Origin: Chiloscyllium plagiosum
Lineage: Eukaryota
Assembly (NCBI RefSeq): GCF_004010195.1
Contig: NC_057718.1
Span: 75,213,859-75,277,858, forward strand
Length of the DNA stretch: 64,000 nucleotides
Reading direction: 5' to 3'
The number at the start of each line of letters is the position of its first letter. The stretch's first letter is position 1. Below the pieces are notes generated by a model. The model was given only the letters and a program-made list of their open reading frames with translations, was not told the DNA's origin and ran no database searches. The position numbers were made by a program, and so were the translations under genes. Positions 25,455 to 37,114 of the stretch are shown here, piece after piece.

Positions 25455-25840
25455 AAGAACACCAGCTCCTCGGCTTTCCTAATGACCTATTCTTGCTGTT
25501 GGAAAACCCTTCGACCCATCGATCAACTTTGTTAACAACTTCCACCCCACCCTCATATTCCCTTGGTCTATCTCAGACACCTCCCTCCCCAGGCTTGACC
25601 TCTCTGTTTCCATATCCGGTGACTGTTTACAGACCCGACATTTACTACACACTCACAGACTCCCAAAGCTACCTGGATTACACTTGTTCCCAACCTGTAT
25701 CCTATAAAAACTATCCCATTTTCCTAATTCCTCCGTCCCCGTCGCATCTACTCTGATGAGATGTTCCACTCCCAAGCATCCTAGATGTCCGCCTATTTCA
25801 AACAGTGTTTTCTTCCCCCCTCTCATCCAGACAGCCTGGT
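25455..25840 (+). mobile_element. Penelope-like RT fragment
   Basis: ORF 25448: DIYYTLTDSQSYLDYTCSQPVSYKN. Confidence 0.75.
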
Positions 25841-25926
25841 GGAAGGTGTCCCTATGTGTACTGGTGGTATGTGTGTCAATACTCTGACACGTCTTACAGC
25901 AGCTGCCATGACAGGGTAAGGGTTTA

Positions 25927-26066
25927 GATCAGAGTGGTGCTGGAAAAGCACAGCAGGTCAGGCAGTATCCGAGGAGCAGGAAATTCGATGTTTCAGGCAA
26001 AAGCCACATTCCTGATGAAGGAATGTTGGACTATAACCTGGTGTTGTGTGATTTATAACTTTGTAC
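25927..26066. mobile_element. Chimeric PLE fold-back element (family A arm plus family B arm)
   Basis: 25927-26005 matches the left arms at 28050-28140 and 34897-34985. 26024-26066 matches the right arm at 22866-22904. The junction contains cctgatgaagga. Confidence 0.8.
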
Positions 26067-26460
26067 AGAACAACCTCAATTATCCGAATGAGGTGGGTGG
26101 GGAGTATTTTGTTTAGATTACTGGTCCATAAACAAAGGAAGTCATACCAAACATAAAACATAAAAAAGCATGTTTACTGAGGTTTTATTTCATTCAGTCG
26201 ATTAAATGCGTACAAACACTGGATATTGCTGAAAAATTCATGATATTTTACAAATAAAATTCATTGAGGTGGAGGCCAAATCCTCAAATATTCCTTAAAG
26301 CACTCAATGCATTTCCAGAGGAGATTTGAGGATCTAACGCAGTGCTCTACTGGAGAAAAACCTCAGTTATCTGAACATCAATTATCCAAACTTCAGACTT
26401 TCCGATCAAGATCTCAAGGTTCCATAAAAACATTACATCAAAGACATCCAATTGTCCGAG
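26063..26460. mobile_element. Possible pogo/Tigger-like DNA transposon remnant
   Basis: Starts ta-cag..aacctcaattatccgaa, with repeated attatcc/ttatctgaa submotifs at 26360-26460. No second TIR found. Confidence 0.35.
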
Positions 26461-27024
26461 AAGTGGAAGCGTGACATTTTTTACAAACTGCATCTTTATA
26501 CACAAAATGTCAAACTTGTGCATGCTGGGATTTTCAGTGGAGAGATCAGTGGGCTTAGCTAAAACGTTTGTCCTCAGATCCCTGTTTACTTGCTAACTGC
26601 ATATTCTTCTCCATTTGTTGCATTTTAATTTTGTCATGCAATCTGGTATAATCTGCAGTTGGAGATTTGTTTTAATGATCTGAATTCCATCCCTCGATGT
26701 TCCGATTTGTACACACTACAAGTTCATTGAACTACAGAGTCCTGTCCATTTGCATGCTTGATGAATAATTAACCTACAATACTTGAACAGTTTTCTCACT
26801 GATTTTTCAGTGAGGTATTGGTTGTAGTGCATCTGACTTCATAGAAAGTACACTGTATGGAGCTGTGAGTGTGCCAAAGTAAATGAAGAAAATTAATTCT
26901 TATTGATATTTTCTACATAGCAAACAAAACAACAGCTCCATATCAAACAAAGGAATGATAAATTCTCATGGGAGTGAAAAAGAACTATGGTACTTCTAAA
27001 CTGATGGCTTAAATTGCCTTTATT

Positions 27025-27724
27025 TAGAGTTGTAGAGCTCTACAGCTTAGAAACAAACCTTGGTCCTCACTTGCGAATGCTGCCCAGTTTTCACAATTTA
27101 AACTAATCCCATTTGCCTGTCTTTAGTCCATATCCCTCCATACCTATTCCATCCATGTAGCTGTCCAAATATTTCTCAAGTGATGAAATTGTACTCGCTT
27201 CCATCGCTACCTCTAGCAGCCATTCCAGACACTCACCACCTTCTGTGTGAAAAAATTGCCCCTTTGGACCCTTTTGTATCTCTCCCCTCTCACCTTAAAC
27301 CTATACCCTCTATTTTAAACATCCCTACCATAGGGAAAAGCTGTTGATTATCTACCTTATCTATGCCTCTCATGATTTTATGGATCCCTGTAAGGTCACC
27401 CTCAGTCTTCTATGCTCTAGTGAAAAACGTCCCAGCCTGTCCAAACTTTCCTTATAATTCAGTCCAGGTAGCATCTAGTAAATCTTTTCTATACTCTTTC
27501 TAGTTTAATAATATCCTTTCTATAAAAGGGCAACCAGAACTGCACACAGTCCTCCAAATGTAGCCTCACCAAGGTCTTGTGCAGCTGCAATAAAATGTAC
27601 CAACTCCTATACTCAGTGCTGTGACTGATCATAGCTAATATACTGAAAGCCTCCTTCACTGCCCTGTCAACCTATGACCTCATTTTTTAAGAAGCTATGA
27701 ACCTGCACTCCCTAGATCTCTTTC
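27025..27724 (-). mobile_element. CR1-group LINE 3' fragment
   Basis: Collinear with 16230-16900. Confidence 0.85.
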
Positions 27725-27734
27725 TTCTATAGAA

Positions 27735-28017
27735 CATAAGAACATAAGAAATAGGAGCAGGAGCAGGAGTAGGTCCTTCGAGCCTGCTCCCTCATTCAAT
27801 AAGATCATAGCTAATCTTTCCATGGCCTCAACTCCACTTACCCACCCTCTCACCATAACCTTTAAATTATCTATCTTAGCTTTAAAATAATCCACAGATT
27901 CACAATCCCCTGGATGAAGAAGTTCCTTTTCAATTCAGTCCTAAATTTGCTCCCCCTAATTTTGAGGCTATGCCCTCTTGTCCTAGTTTCACTTGGCAGT
28001 GAAAACATCCTCTATAT
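27735..28017 (-). mobile_element. CR1-group LINE 3' end (different subfamily) with TSD
   Basis: aagaacat repeat tail. Flanked by ttctatagaa at 27725-27734 and 28018-28027. Confidence 0.8.
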
Positions 28018-28024
28018 TTCTATA

Positions 28025-28222
28025 GAAAGTGAGGACTGCAGATGCTGGAGATCAAAGTCGAGAGTGTGGTGCTAGAAAAGCAAACAGGCCAAGCAGGATG
28101 TAAAGAGCAGGAGAGTCGATGTTTCGAGCATAAGCCCTTCATCAGGAATGCCTGAAACATTGATTCTCCTGCTCCTTGGATGCTGCCTGGCCTGCTGTGC
28201 TTTTCCAGCACAACACTCTCGA
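28025..28222. mobile_element. PLE-derived fold-back element, family A
   Basis: Inverted arms ~28058-28131 and ~28148-28222, one-sided tail 28025-28057. Confidence 0.88.
28118..28145 (-). ncRNA. Minimal hammerhead ribozyme motif (family A)
   Basis: Minus strand CUGAUGA-A-GGGC uuau GCUC-GAAAC-AUC. Confidence 0.65.
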
Positions 28223-28286
28223 TTTAGAATAACTACAGCAACACCGATTAATACAAAATTGGATTTTAAAAGAGAAACAATGTATC

Positions 28287-28900
28287 CCGTAAAATCCTCT
28301 ACATGAGTTGATTTAATGTTATTCCTCATATTGTTTTGGAACTGAACAAAGCAGTATAATGAAATGTCAAAGAATTAAAGATGCACCAGTATGTAGTTAA
28401 TATATCTCAATTTATTCAGATGTAATGGCACAATTAAAATGATTAACTTTTCAATGATACTAGCTTTTGGATGCACAGTGAACAACATGCAGTAAGTACT
28501 GATAAACATGGTACCGGTCTGAATGAATGAATGAATCAAAATGTCCTGTAGTAAACCAGATGCAGTAAGTAGGGTTATGAATGAATGAATGGAGTTGCGA
28601 TATATCGGTAGTAAATAAAGAGTAATGAGTTACTAGTATGAATGAATGAATGCAATTCCGTATAAGTGGGTTAATGGGAACATTGACTTACTTTCCTCAT
28701 TAAGCAGATACTTTCTGAAAAATCTATGAAATTTCAGCAAAATAAGTTAATGGGAACATGCAATTTCCTTTGTAAGAGGTTTATACTGCGATATAGTAGG
28801 GTTAATTTACACACAAGATATATGGAAAATACAAGATTTTTTGGCCAAAGCTTAGGGGTCTACTTATGCAAGAGACTGACATATACACAAGTATATACGG
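28287..28900. mobile_element. Tc1/mariner (Tc2-like) non-autonomous element
   Basis: Right end ..caagtatatacgg followed by TA. Left ccgtaaaatcctc resembles the inverted terminus. Three internal (gaat)n blocks. Confidence 0.5.
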
Positions 28901-28934
28901 TAGTTGGAGTTTTACGGCAATCAATGCTAGTTTC

Positions 28935-29085
28935 ATTTCTCTGAGATTAGCGTCATAGTCAGAATTATAAATTGAATATAAATAACACCAGCTGCCATGA
29001 TGGAATTTGTTTCTGTTTGCCCAGAGCATTAGACTGGGCCTCTGGTTTTCTAGTTTAGTGATATTAGCACTGTACCACAGTCTTG
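28935..29085 (-). mobile_element. 5' fragment of a second tRNA-derived SINE family
   Basis: Reverse strand tggtacagtgctaatatcactaaactag..ccagaggcccagtctaatgctctggg..aaattccatcatggcagctggtg, a tRNA-like head. Confidence 0.5.
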
Positions 29086-29427
29086 CCAATGCATACAGGT
29101 ATACTAAAAAATTGCTCAGAAACAGCTACATTTCTGCATTGTTGTATTAAATGAACTCATTTTTCCCCATGAAACATCCTTCTCTTTCCCATTATTTCCA
29201 CTAGGATGACACTTTTACTGAACAAATACCATCAATTTTAGAATTAATAGCTATCTGACAGTAGATTGATGGTGTGCAACTTGTTTAAGTAAACATTAAT
29301 GTTGACTTCATAGCTGTTTCATTAGGATTCATAGGATATTGTTGTAGTTTATCATGGTTTGCTGAAAAATGATGCAGAATTGAGCTTGAATTTGGGTGAC
29401 CCCGCTGACACTAACTGTCTAATTTAA

Positions 29428-29538
29428 TTTGGAGATGCCGGTGTTGGACTGGGGTGTACAAAGTTAAAAATCACAAAACACCAGGTTATAGTCCAACCTG
29501 TTGGACTATAACCTGGTGTTGTGTGATTTTTAACTTTG
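29428..29538. mobile_element. Internally deleted PLE fold-back element, family B
   Basis: 40-bp inverted arms 29458-29497 / 29500-29539. 12-bp TSD with one mismatch (tgtctaatttaa 29416-29427 / tgtctagtttaa 29537-29548). Confidence 0.88.
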
Positions 29539-29994
29539 TCTAGTTTAACACACAGAGACATGCATGACCTGAGAAAGACAATTTGGGTCCATCTGGTCAG
29601 TTTTGTCAAGAATAAACATTTGGCCAGGTATTATGTGTCATAACAATGGATCATAACCCAAGATTACTTATCAAATTTATTTCTCTTAAAAAAAATCTAG
29701 AAGGCAAGAATGGCTAATAAAATAAATACTGCAAATAGAAAGTACCTGTGTAAATCCTTGGAATTTCACACATATAAAATGTCAATGAAACTTCAAACAG
29801 AGAGATTTAAAAGGAAGAAGTGGAAGGAAAAGACTGATTATCACTCTTAATGAAGTGCTGTCCTCTGTGATTCATATCTCATACTTTAAATTCAAGTCAA
29901 TAGACCTGTTTGAGTTTTACTCTCTCAGCAATACACAAGAGCAGAGGTTAAAAGTCCCTGTATCCCAAGTCTCAGTGTTTAGGGGGGTTGATGT

Positions 29995-30741
29995 TGTTAT
30001 GACACGGCAGTGATCCTTCTGTTAACTAAACTAAACACTTAGATAAGCTCACCTCACTCTTAATCCTTTAAAATATATGAGTGACAGACAATTTCCAAAT
30101 TCCACTATTTAAAGAAAATAATCTCAATTTATTTCTTAACTCTAAAAGTGAACATTAAGCAAAATCTATTCGCAACTCAAACCCACTTTTCTCTTAACTG
30201 TTTATTATCTGTCTTCAACTCTATAACAATATACTGTTCCAATAGCAATCTGTATTAAAATTACATCAACTTAATTTCAAAACCAGACAGCAGCTGTCGT
30301 CTCTGGTGTCCTTCTTTCTTCGGTTGAAGATTTCCCTGGGTTGTCTTCTTTCTTTTACTGTAAAGATGTTTCATATGAAAAATATACCTTTGATAGAGAG
30401 TGTTTTGAATAGCAGTCTTTTCCAATGGCAGTTACTCTCTCTGACTTTCAAAATGCCTATTTTTAATACCCCAAATATTAGATCATCTCATTGGTTTAAA
30501 TTCAAAATTGATTGTGTTTTAATATCTTGGGGCATAATTTAAACTGATTGGTTAAATTCAAATTGTTGTCAAAACAGCAACCAACTCAGGCATCTATTCC
30601 ATAGCCAAGTGTTACATATTTTCAATTTTCCAGTACACTGTGAGACTGGAAGCTACTCATCACAGGTGCTTGTCAGCTCTCAGCTCAGGACAGCATTCAC
30701 TCTCTCTTAAAGGTCCAGTACATGTCTTCAACTTCATAACA
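29995..30741 (-). mobile_element. Solo LTR (Gypsy-like)
   Basis: Perfect terminal inverted repeat tgttatga...tcataaca and 4-bp TSD atgt (29991-29994 / 30742-30745). Strand inferred from AATAAA on the minus strand. Confidence 0.85.
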
Positions 30742-31416
30742 ATGTGCTAGTGTGGATGAATATTCTTTCAAGGTAATAGCTTAGGGGACAGATAATAGAC
30801 ACCTTGATACTGCAGGTAAAGAGAGACTCTGTCTCGCTGTGTGTGCTAAAAGCCAGGCCAGCCAATCAAGCCACTGTCAAAACGAAACTAGGACAAAATT
30901 CTGCAGCTAAGCTGTTGAGCCAAGGTTTTCTAAATTATCTGCTTCACTACCAAGGCCACTGTTACTAGTATCAGCAACCTTCCACCATTTATTCTTCACA
31001 GAACCCAGAGACTGATTTGTGTATCCTTTTAACTGTTATCTTTTTTACTCAATAGACATATCTAATTTCTGCGTTCCATGCTCTCAGCTCGTCATTACTG
31101 AGTGCCTTCTTTTTCACTGTACTTGCTGTCTCCATCACTGTTTCCTTCATTGTGATGATGCTGATTGGCTGTCTAACCTTTTCCCAAGAGAGATTATATT
31201 TCAATTTTCTTTTACTTGAAGGTGGAGGGAAGAGGTGAGCAAATTTCAGAAAGATACGCAACAGTAAGCATGCATTCAAAAGTCGGGATTGGAAGTTGCT
31301 GTCCAAAAATAAGGTCAGGGAAATGAAAGAGAAATGAGGGAACAAAAAACAAACAGCAAAGAGAAACAAAACAAAATGGGAGCAGAGATTACAATCTAAA
31401 ATTGTCAAAACTAATT

Positions 31417-31748
31417 ATAGAATCCTTGCAGTATGGAAACAGGTCATTCGGTCCAACATTTGACTCTCCAAAGAGCATCCCACCTAGACCCATTTCCCCC
31501 AACCTTATCCTTGTATTGAATGCACCTAACCTACACATCCCTGAATATAATGGGCAATTTAGCATGGCCAATCAACCCAACCTGCACATCTTTGGATAGA
31601 GGGAGGAAACCGGAGCAGCTAGCAGGAACCCACACAGACACGTGGAGAATGTGCAAATTCCACACAGACAGTCACCCAAGGATGGAATCAAACCCGGGTC
31701 CCCAGCCCTGTGAGGCAGCAGTGCAAACCACTGAGCCACCATGCTGCT
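31417..31748 (-). mobile_element. HE1-type V-SINE (plus a short extra fragment at 31757-31822)
   Basis: Reverse complement of the 21213-21535 element. Confidence 0.9.
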
Positions 31749-31829
31749 CTTTAAACCGCTCATCTTTGGACTGTTTGAGGAAACCAGAGCACCCAAAGAG
31801 AACACATGCAGACATGGGGAGATCTTGAA

Positions 31830-32300
31830 TCCATTAGGGTCTAAATTGCCTTGAGTATTAGATGTTGTTTCTCATGCTGGCATTGAGCTTCATTGTAAAA
31901 CTGCACCTGGCCAAGAACATCAATGTTGGAGTGAGAATGAGGGGGAGGCAAAAAAGACAAGCAACCAGAAACTCAAGGTCAAACGTGCAGACTGAATGCA
32001 GGTGTTCCACAAAGTTATGATTGGGCCTATGTTTTATCTCCCCATTATAGATGGGGACATATCATGAGCATTGAATACAGTATACTAGCTTGAAAGGTTT
32101 ACAAATAAACTGCTATTTCACCTTTGAAGGAATGTTTGTGGCTTGAGCAGTCAAGAGCTTGGAGAAAAAGAGTGAGTTTTGCATTTCCTATGCTTGCATG
32201 GAAAGGTGCTTGGAAAGATTATTGGGATGACTGAGGACTGGCTGAAGAAGTGGTTCCTTTGGAATGTTGAAAGAAATAGGAAGATATCTTGATAGACATC
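31830..32300 (-). mobile_element. Old Penelope-like fragment (GIY-YIG region)
   Basis: Collinear resemblance to 4080-4270 and 56850-57290. Confidence 0.5.
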
Positions 32301-32789
32301 TGCATGCCTGGAGGAGGACATTAGCTGCAGCACAGCTAGCACGCCTCCAAAGATCAATCAATGTTGCTGTTAGCTTGCACTGCTCAGCATCCCCTGCGCA
32401 TTATAAATATCAGGGCACAATTCCTAAATGCATTCTAAGTGCTGTCACATAGAGCTCTCCATAAGGTTAGCCATACTTTACTTGGAGTTAATGTGCTCAG
32501 AGCTGGAGTGATTGTGCATATGAGCTGGAAAGATTCTAAAAGATTCTCTCCCCAAAACTCTACACTGTCTCAGGGAACAGGGCATGGACCTGTTCAAAGT
32601 AGGACCTCCTTTCCAGTGGTCCTGAGGCTCTCGCTCCTGAGTCTGGCCTTCACTCTGCATACAGAGCTGGTCATCATTGCCTCTGGTTCTTTCATTTCTT
32701 GCTGCATGCTCGTAGAGTGCTCATCATCCTGTTCTACCATATCTATATATGTGTAAGGAGCCACAAGAGATGGGTCAGGACTTTGCAAG

Positions 32790-34894
32790 AAGGTACTACA
32801 GTATTATTATAGCAAATTATTACAGTATTAAGCAGGAGCTTAGGAGTGTTAAATGGGTGGAGCTGTTATCAAGTAAGTCCACATTTGATATGTGGGTATT
32901 GTTTAAAGACCTACTGATGAGAGTTCAGGACTGACATGTCCCAGTAAGGAGGAAGGACAAGGATGACAAGGATAATGAGGGACATTGTGAATTTAATCAA
33001 AAGGGAAAAAGAAACATATTTAAGGTTCAGGAAGCTACAATTGGATATGGCCTTAAAGAAAGCAGGAAGGAACCTCAAGCAGGGAATTAGGAGAGCAAGA
33101 AGGGGCCATGAAATGACTTTGGCAAGTAGGGTTAAAGAGATTCCCAAGGCATTCTATACAGGTATTAAAGAAAAAGACGAGAATGTGGTAGAAGATAGGA
33201 CCACTGAAGGATAAAGGAGGGAACTTGTGGTTTGAGGGAGAAGTTGTGGTCAAACTCCTTAATGAGTACTTTGCACCAGTATTCACCCAGGAGAAGGATA
33301 TGGAGGATAGTGAGATTTGTGTGGAGTGTGCTAATATGCTGGGACATTTTCAGCTCAAGGAAAAAAGTGGTGTTGGATCTCTTGAGGAGCATTAAAATGG
33401 ATAACTCCCTAGGTCCGATGGTACGTACCCCAAGTTATTGAGACAGGCAAGAGAGGAGATTGCGGGAGCCTTGATCAAGATCTTTGTGTCCTCATGAGCC
33501 ATGGGTGAGGTGCTGGAGGATTGGTGAGTAGCTAATTTAGTTCCTTTGTTCAAGAAGGGATAATCCAGAAATCAATAAACCAGTGTGCCTCACATTGGCG
33601 ATTGGGAAGCTATTGGAGAGACTTCTTAGGGATAAGGTTTACACATATTTGAAAAGCATGGCCTAATTAGGGGCAGTCAGCAGAAGCAGGCTTTATGCAG
33701 GGCAGTTCATGTCTTAGTAACTTGATTGAATTTTTTGAGGAGGTGATGAAGGTGATCAATGAGGGTATAGTAGTAGATGTTGTTATGTGGATTTTAGTAA
33801 GGCTTTTGACAAGATCCCTTATAGTAGGCTCATCTGAAAGATTAAGATGCATAGGATCGACAGTGACTTGGTCACTTGGATTCGGAATCGGTTGCCCACA
33901 GAAGGCAGAGGTAATATTTTATTTGTGGCTGGAGGTCCATAACTAATGGTGTAGTGAGACCTCTGCTGTTTGTGATATATATAAATGACTTGGATGAAAA
34001 TGTAGATGGGAGGGCGGGGGTAGGTGTTGGGTTAGTCAGTTTGCAGACAATTCGAAGATTAGTGGATAGTGGAGAAAGTTGTCAAAGTATACAGTGGGAT
34101 CATGTGCAGAAATGGCAGTTAATCTGGATAAGTATGAGATGCTGCACTTTTGGAGATCAAGTGTAAGGAAAAATATTACAATTAATGGCAGGACCCTGAA
34201 ACAGCATCGATGTATAATTGCAATTCCATAGCGTCGTGAAAGTGGCCACACAAGTAGATAAGGTGGTGAAGAAGGTATATGGCATGCTCACCTTTATTGG
34301 GGAATAGAGTACAACAGTCAGGATGTCATGTTGCAGCTTTATAAGGCTTTGGTTAGGTCACACTTAAAATATTGCATTCAATTCTGCTTGCCACCTTACA
34401 GGAAGGATGTGGAGGCTTTGGAGAGGATGCAGAAGAGGTGGTGCCTGGATTAGAGGATATGAGCTATGAGGAGGGGCTAAGAAAACTCAGGTTGTTTTCT
34501 CTGGAGTGGCAGAGGCTGAGGGGAGACTTGATAGAAGTCTATAAAATTATGAGATGCACAGATAGGCTTGATTGTCAGAATCTTTTTCCCAGAGTTGAAA
34601 TGTCTAATACCAGGGGGCATGCATTTAGAGTGAGTGGGGAAAGTTCAAGGGAGATGTGTGGGGCAAGTTATTTACACTGAAAGTGTTTGGAGTCTGCAAT
34701 GTGCTGCCAGATGTGGTGGTGGACATAGATATGATTGGGGCATTTAGGGATCTTTTAAAATGGCAGATGCATATGCAAGGAACGGAGGGATTTGGACCAA
34801 GGGCAGGAAGAGATTATTTATTTAGTTTCACGTTCAGCATAACATCGTGGGCCAAAGGACCCACTGCTGTGCTGTACTGTTCTATGTTCTATAA
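32790..34894 (+). mobile_element. CR1-group LINE ORF2 (RT) and 3' UTR, frameshifted
   Basis: SCLSNLIEFFEEV, PLLFVIYINDLDE and LRLFSLEWQRLRGDLIEVYKIMR motifs, with a tail gctgtactgttctatgttct. Confidence 0.92.
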
Positions 34895-35068
34895 TAGAGT
34901 CAAAAAGTGTGGTGCTGGAAAAGCACAGCGGGTCAGGCAACATTCGAGGAGCAGGGGAGTCGATGTTTTGAGCATAAGCCCTTCATCAGGAATGCTGCCT
35001 GACCCGCTGTACTTTTCCAACACCACACCGTTTGACTCTGATCTCCAGCATTTGCAGTCCTTACTTTC
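34895..35068. mobile_element. PLE-derived fold-back element, family A
   Basis: Inverted arms 34896-34943 / 34992-35039, tail 35040-35068, 15-bp TSD with one mismatch (ttctatgttctataa 34880-34894 / ttctatgttgtataa 35069-35083). Confidence 0.9.
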
Positions 35069-35899
35069 TTCTATGTTGTATAACAGTGTCTACACTAGTG
35101 CAGGGTGTGCTCATAAAATGTGATAGTGTTAGAGGTTTGTGAACCTTTGGAATTCTGTACCACAGATGGTTGTGGAAGCTCAGTGTTTGAGTAGGTTTAA
35201 GATAGAGATTGGTACATTTCTGATGAGATATGGGGTTATGGAGTGGGGTGGGTGAAAACCATTGAAGTGTCTAATCTGCCATGGATATATTCAATTGCAT
35301 GGCAAGCTTGATAGGCTCATTGGCTTACTCCTGTTCCTACACTGGTCTTCATTTTCTTGCTGTGGGCCCAGAGGAAAGGGGAATGTTTGCTTTAGGATAG
35401 ATGCCTGCAGCTATGAAAGGCACAGAACAGAAAGTGAGAGTTTCTCTGGACAAATGGAAACATCTGCACAGGAAGCTACCCAATATTCCTCATACTGCAA
35501 CACATTGTCAGAGAAGGTGGAATGCACTATACCCCCTGAATGCCTACGTTGCCCTCTGTAATCACATCACATAATGTAAGGCTCATTGTGATCTCTCAGC
35601 TGGCTAAGGCAGACTGCTTCCTCTTTCACTATCCTTGCTGTCTCCAGCACTGTCTCCTTCATTGTGACAATGCCGTGGAATAGGGTTGTCAAATATTTTC
35701 ATAAGGGAAACCATCCAATATTCTCTTCGTGGGGTGGGGTGGGGGTGTTTGGTGGGAGACATAGAGGTAAGTGAGCACTTTTCAGGAAGATAAGCAACAG
35801 TTAGCATGCATTCAAGATTTATTACAAAAATGGAGGTTGGAAGCTGGGACTTTTCATCTTGGGATTTCATTCTCTCCCAGCCTGTTTTTCTGATAGAGT

Positions 35900-36250
35900 T
35901 TTTTTTTTCTGGGGGAGGAGGGCAGTGAGTGAAAAAAGGAGGAAGAGGGGAAAGGTGGCTGTGTGTTTGGCTTATTAAGTCTCCATGTTCAGACATATTG
36001 ACACTCCCCTCCTCCTCTCACTTCTCTCCACTTCTCCCTTTCTTTCCCCCTCCTCGCAGACCTTCTCTCCTCTCTTTCTCTATCCTTAGCTCCCTCTCCT
36101 CCTCCTCCTCTCTCTCTTCACCCTCTCTTCCTCCTCTGTTCTCTGCCTCTGTCTTCATTCCTTTCTGTTCCACTCTTAATTCCTTCCCCTCTCTCCATCC
36201 GTACATGCACACTCCCCCACCTAATTGCCCCCATAATCCTCCCCTTCCAG
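35900..36250. repeat. Purine-rich block followed by a ~190-bp CT-rich low-complexity tract
   Basis: 36004-36195 is almost entirely C/T on the + strand. Confidence 0.85.
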
Positions 36251-37114
36251 GATGAATGAAAGTTGGATTATTCACACAGCCTGCTGCTTCTCATAGTGAG
36301 CCTAACAGTAGCTAAATGTGGAAGAGAAACAGACTCAGATTGGACAAGCATCAGGGTGTGTGAATAGTGAGCCTATCAATAGCAAAAGTAAGAGAGAACT
36401 TCCATCTGATTGGAGGATCAGCTCCTTGAGGAATCTTCTATGTGCTTGGCACTGAAACAAAGGTCATAGGGTCCCAGCAAGCTTCATTCTGGCCTGGGGG
36501 CTGCCTGTTGGACAAGGCTGCTGCAGAAGAAGAGCTGGCCTCCTCAGAAACAACCCTCTTCTGGTCATCTTGTAACTGTTCTCTTGCGAGGACAAATAGA
36601 GTGAGATGAGGCATTACCATTTGTCTAACGTCATCTATCCAACAAAGATTTGCAGGTGTCACTGGTGATGGGCTGGCAGCATCACTATGGCAATGAATGA
36701 TTCAGAATGGCAGTTGCATGGAAAGAAATCATGGGTGATTCTCTTGTTTCATGACCCCTTCTTCACTTCACCACCACTGCCCCCCACCCCCCCACCCCCA
36801 GCTCCGATTCCTCCCTTTCAGATCAAAAAATACAAAATTTGTGGATGCTGACAATCAGATACAAAAATTGAAATTGCTGGAAAAATCTCAGCAGTGGACA
36901 GAAAGCAGAGATTTTAACTTGCGTTCCTTTTCATATCCTTCAGGTGCCCAGGATTGAGAATCCTGTCACAGTGGGGTTGGACTCTTTTCTTTGGTTTAGA
37001 AAAATGTCTTGGCTTTTATAGTCTATTCCTCCACTTCTAAAGCCCATCGCGAAATCAGGTTTCAGTGTAGTACACTTTACAATCAAGATGTAGATAGACA
37101 GCTATACACAATTT

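Noticed and set aside
28490..28670. CRISPR-like repeat-spacer pattern (tgaatgaatgaat blocks ~60-70 bp apart)
   Set aside because: The repeats are simple (gaat)n microsatellites, only three, inside a DNA-transposon-like element in a vertebrate genome with no cas genes.
35929..36275. Ser/Pro/Leu-rich and Glu/Arg/Gly-rich ORFs
   Set aside because: They are translations of a CT/GA low-complexity tract.
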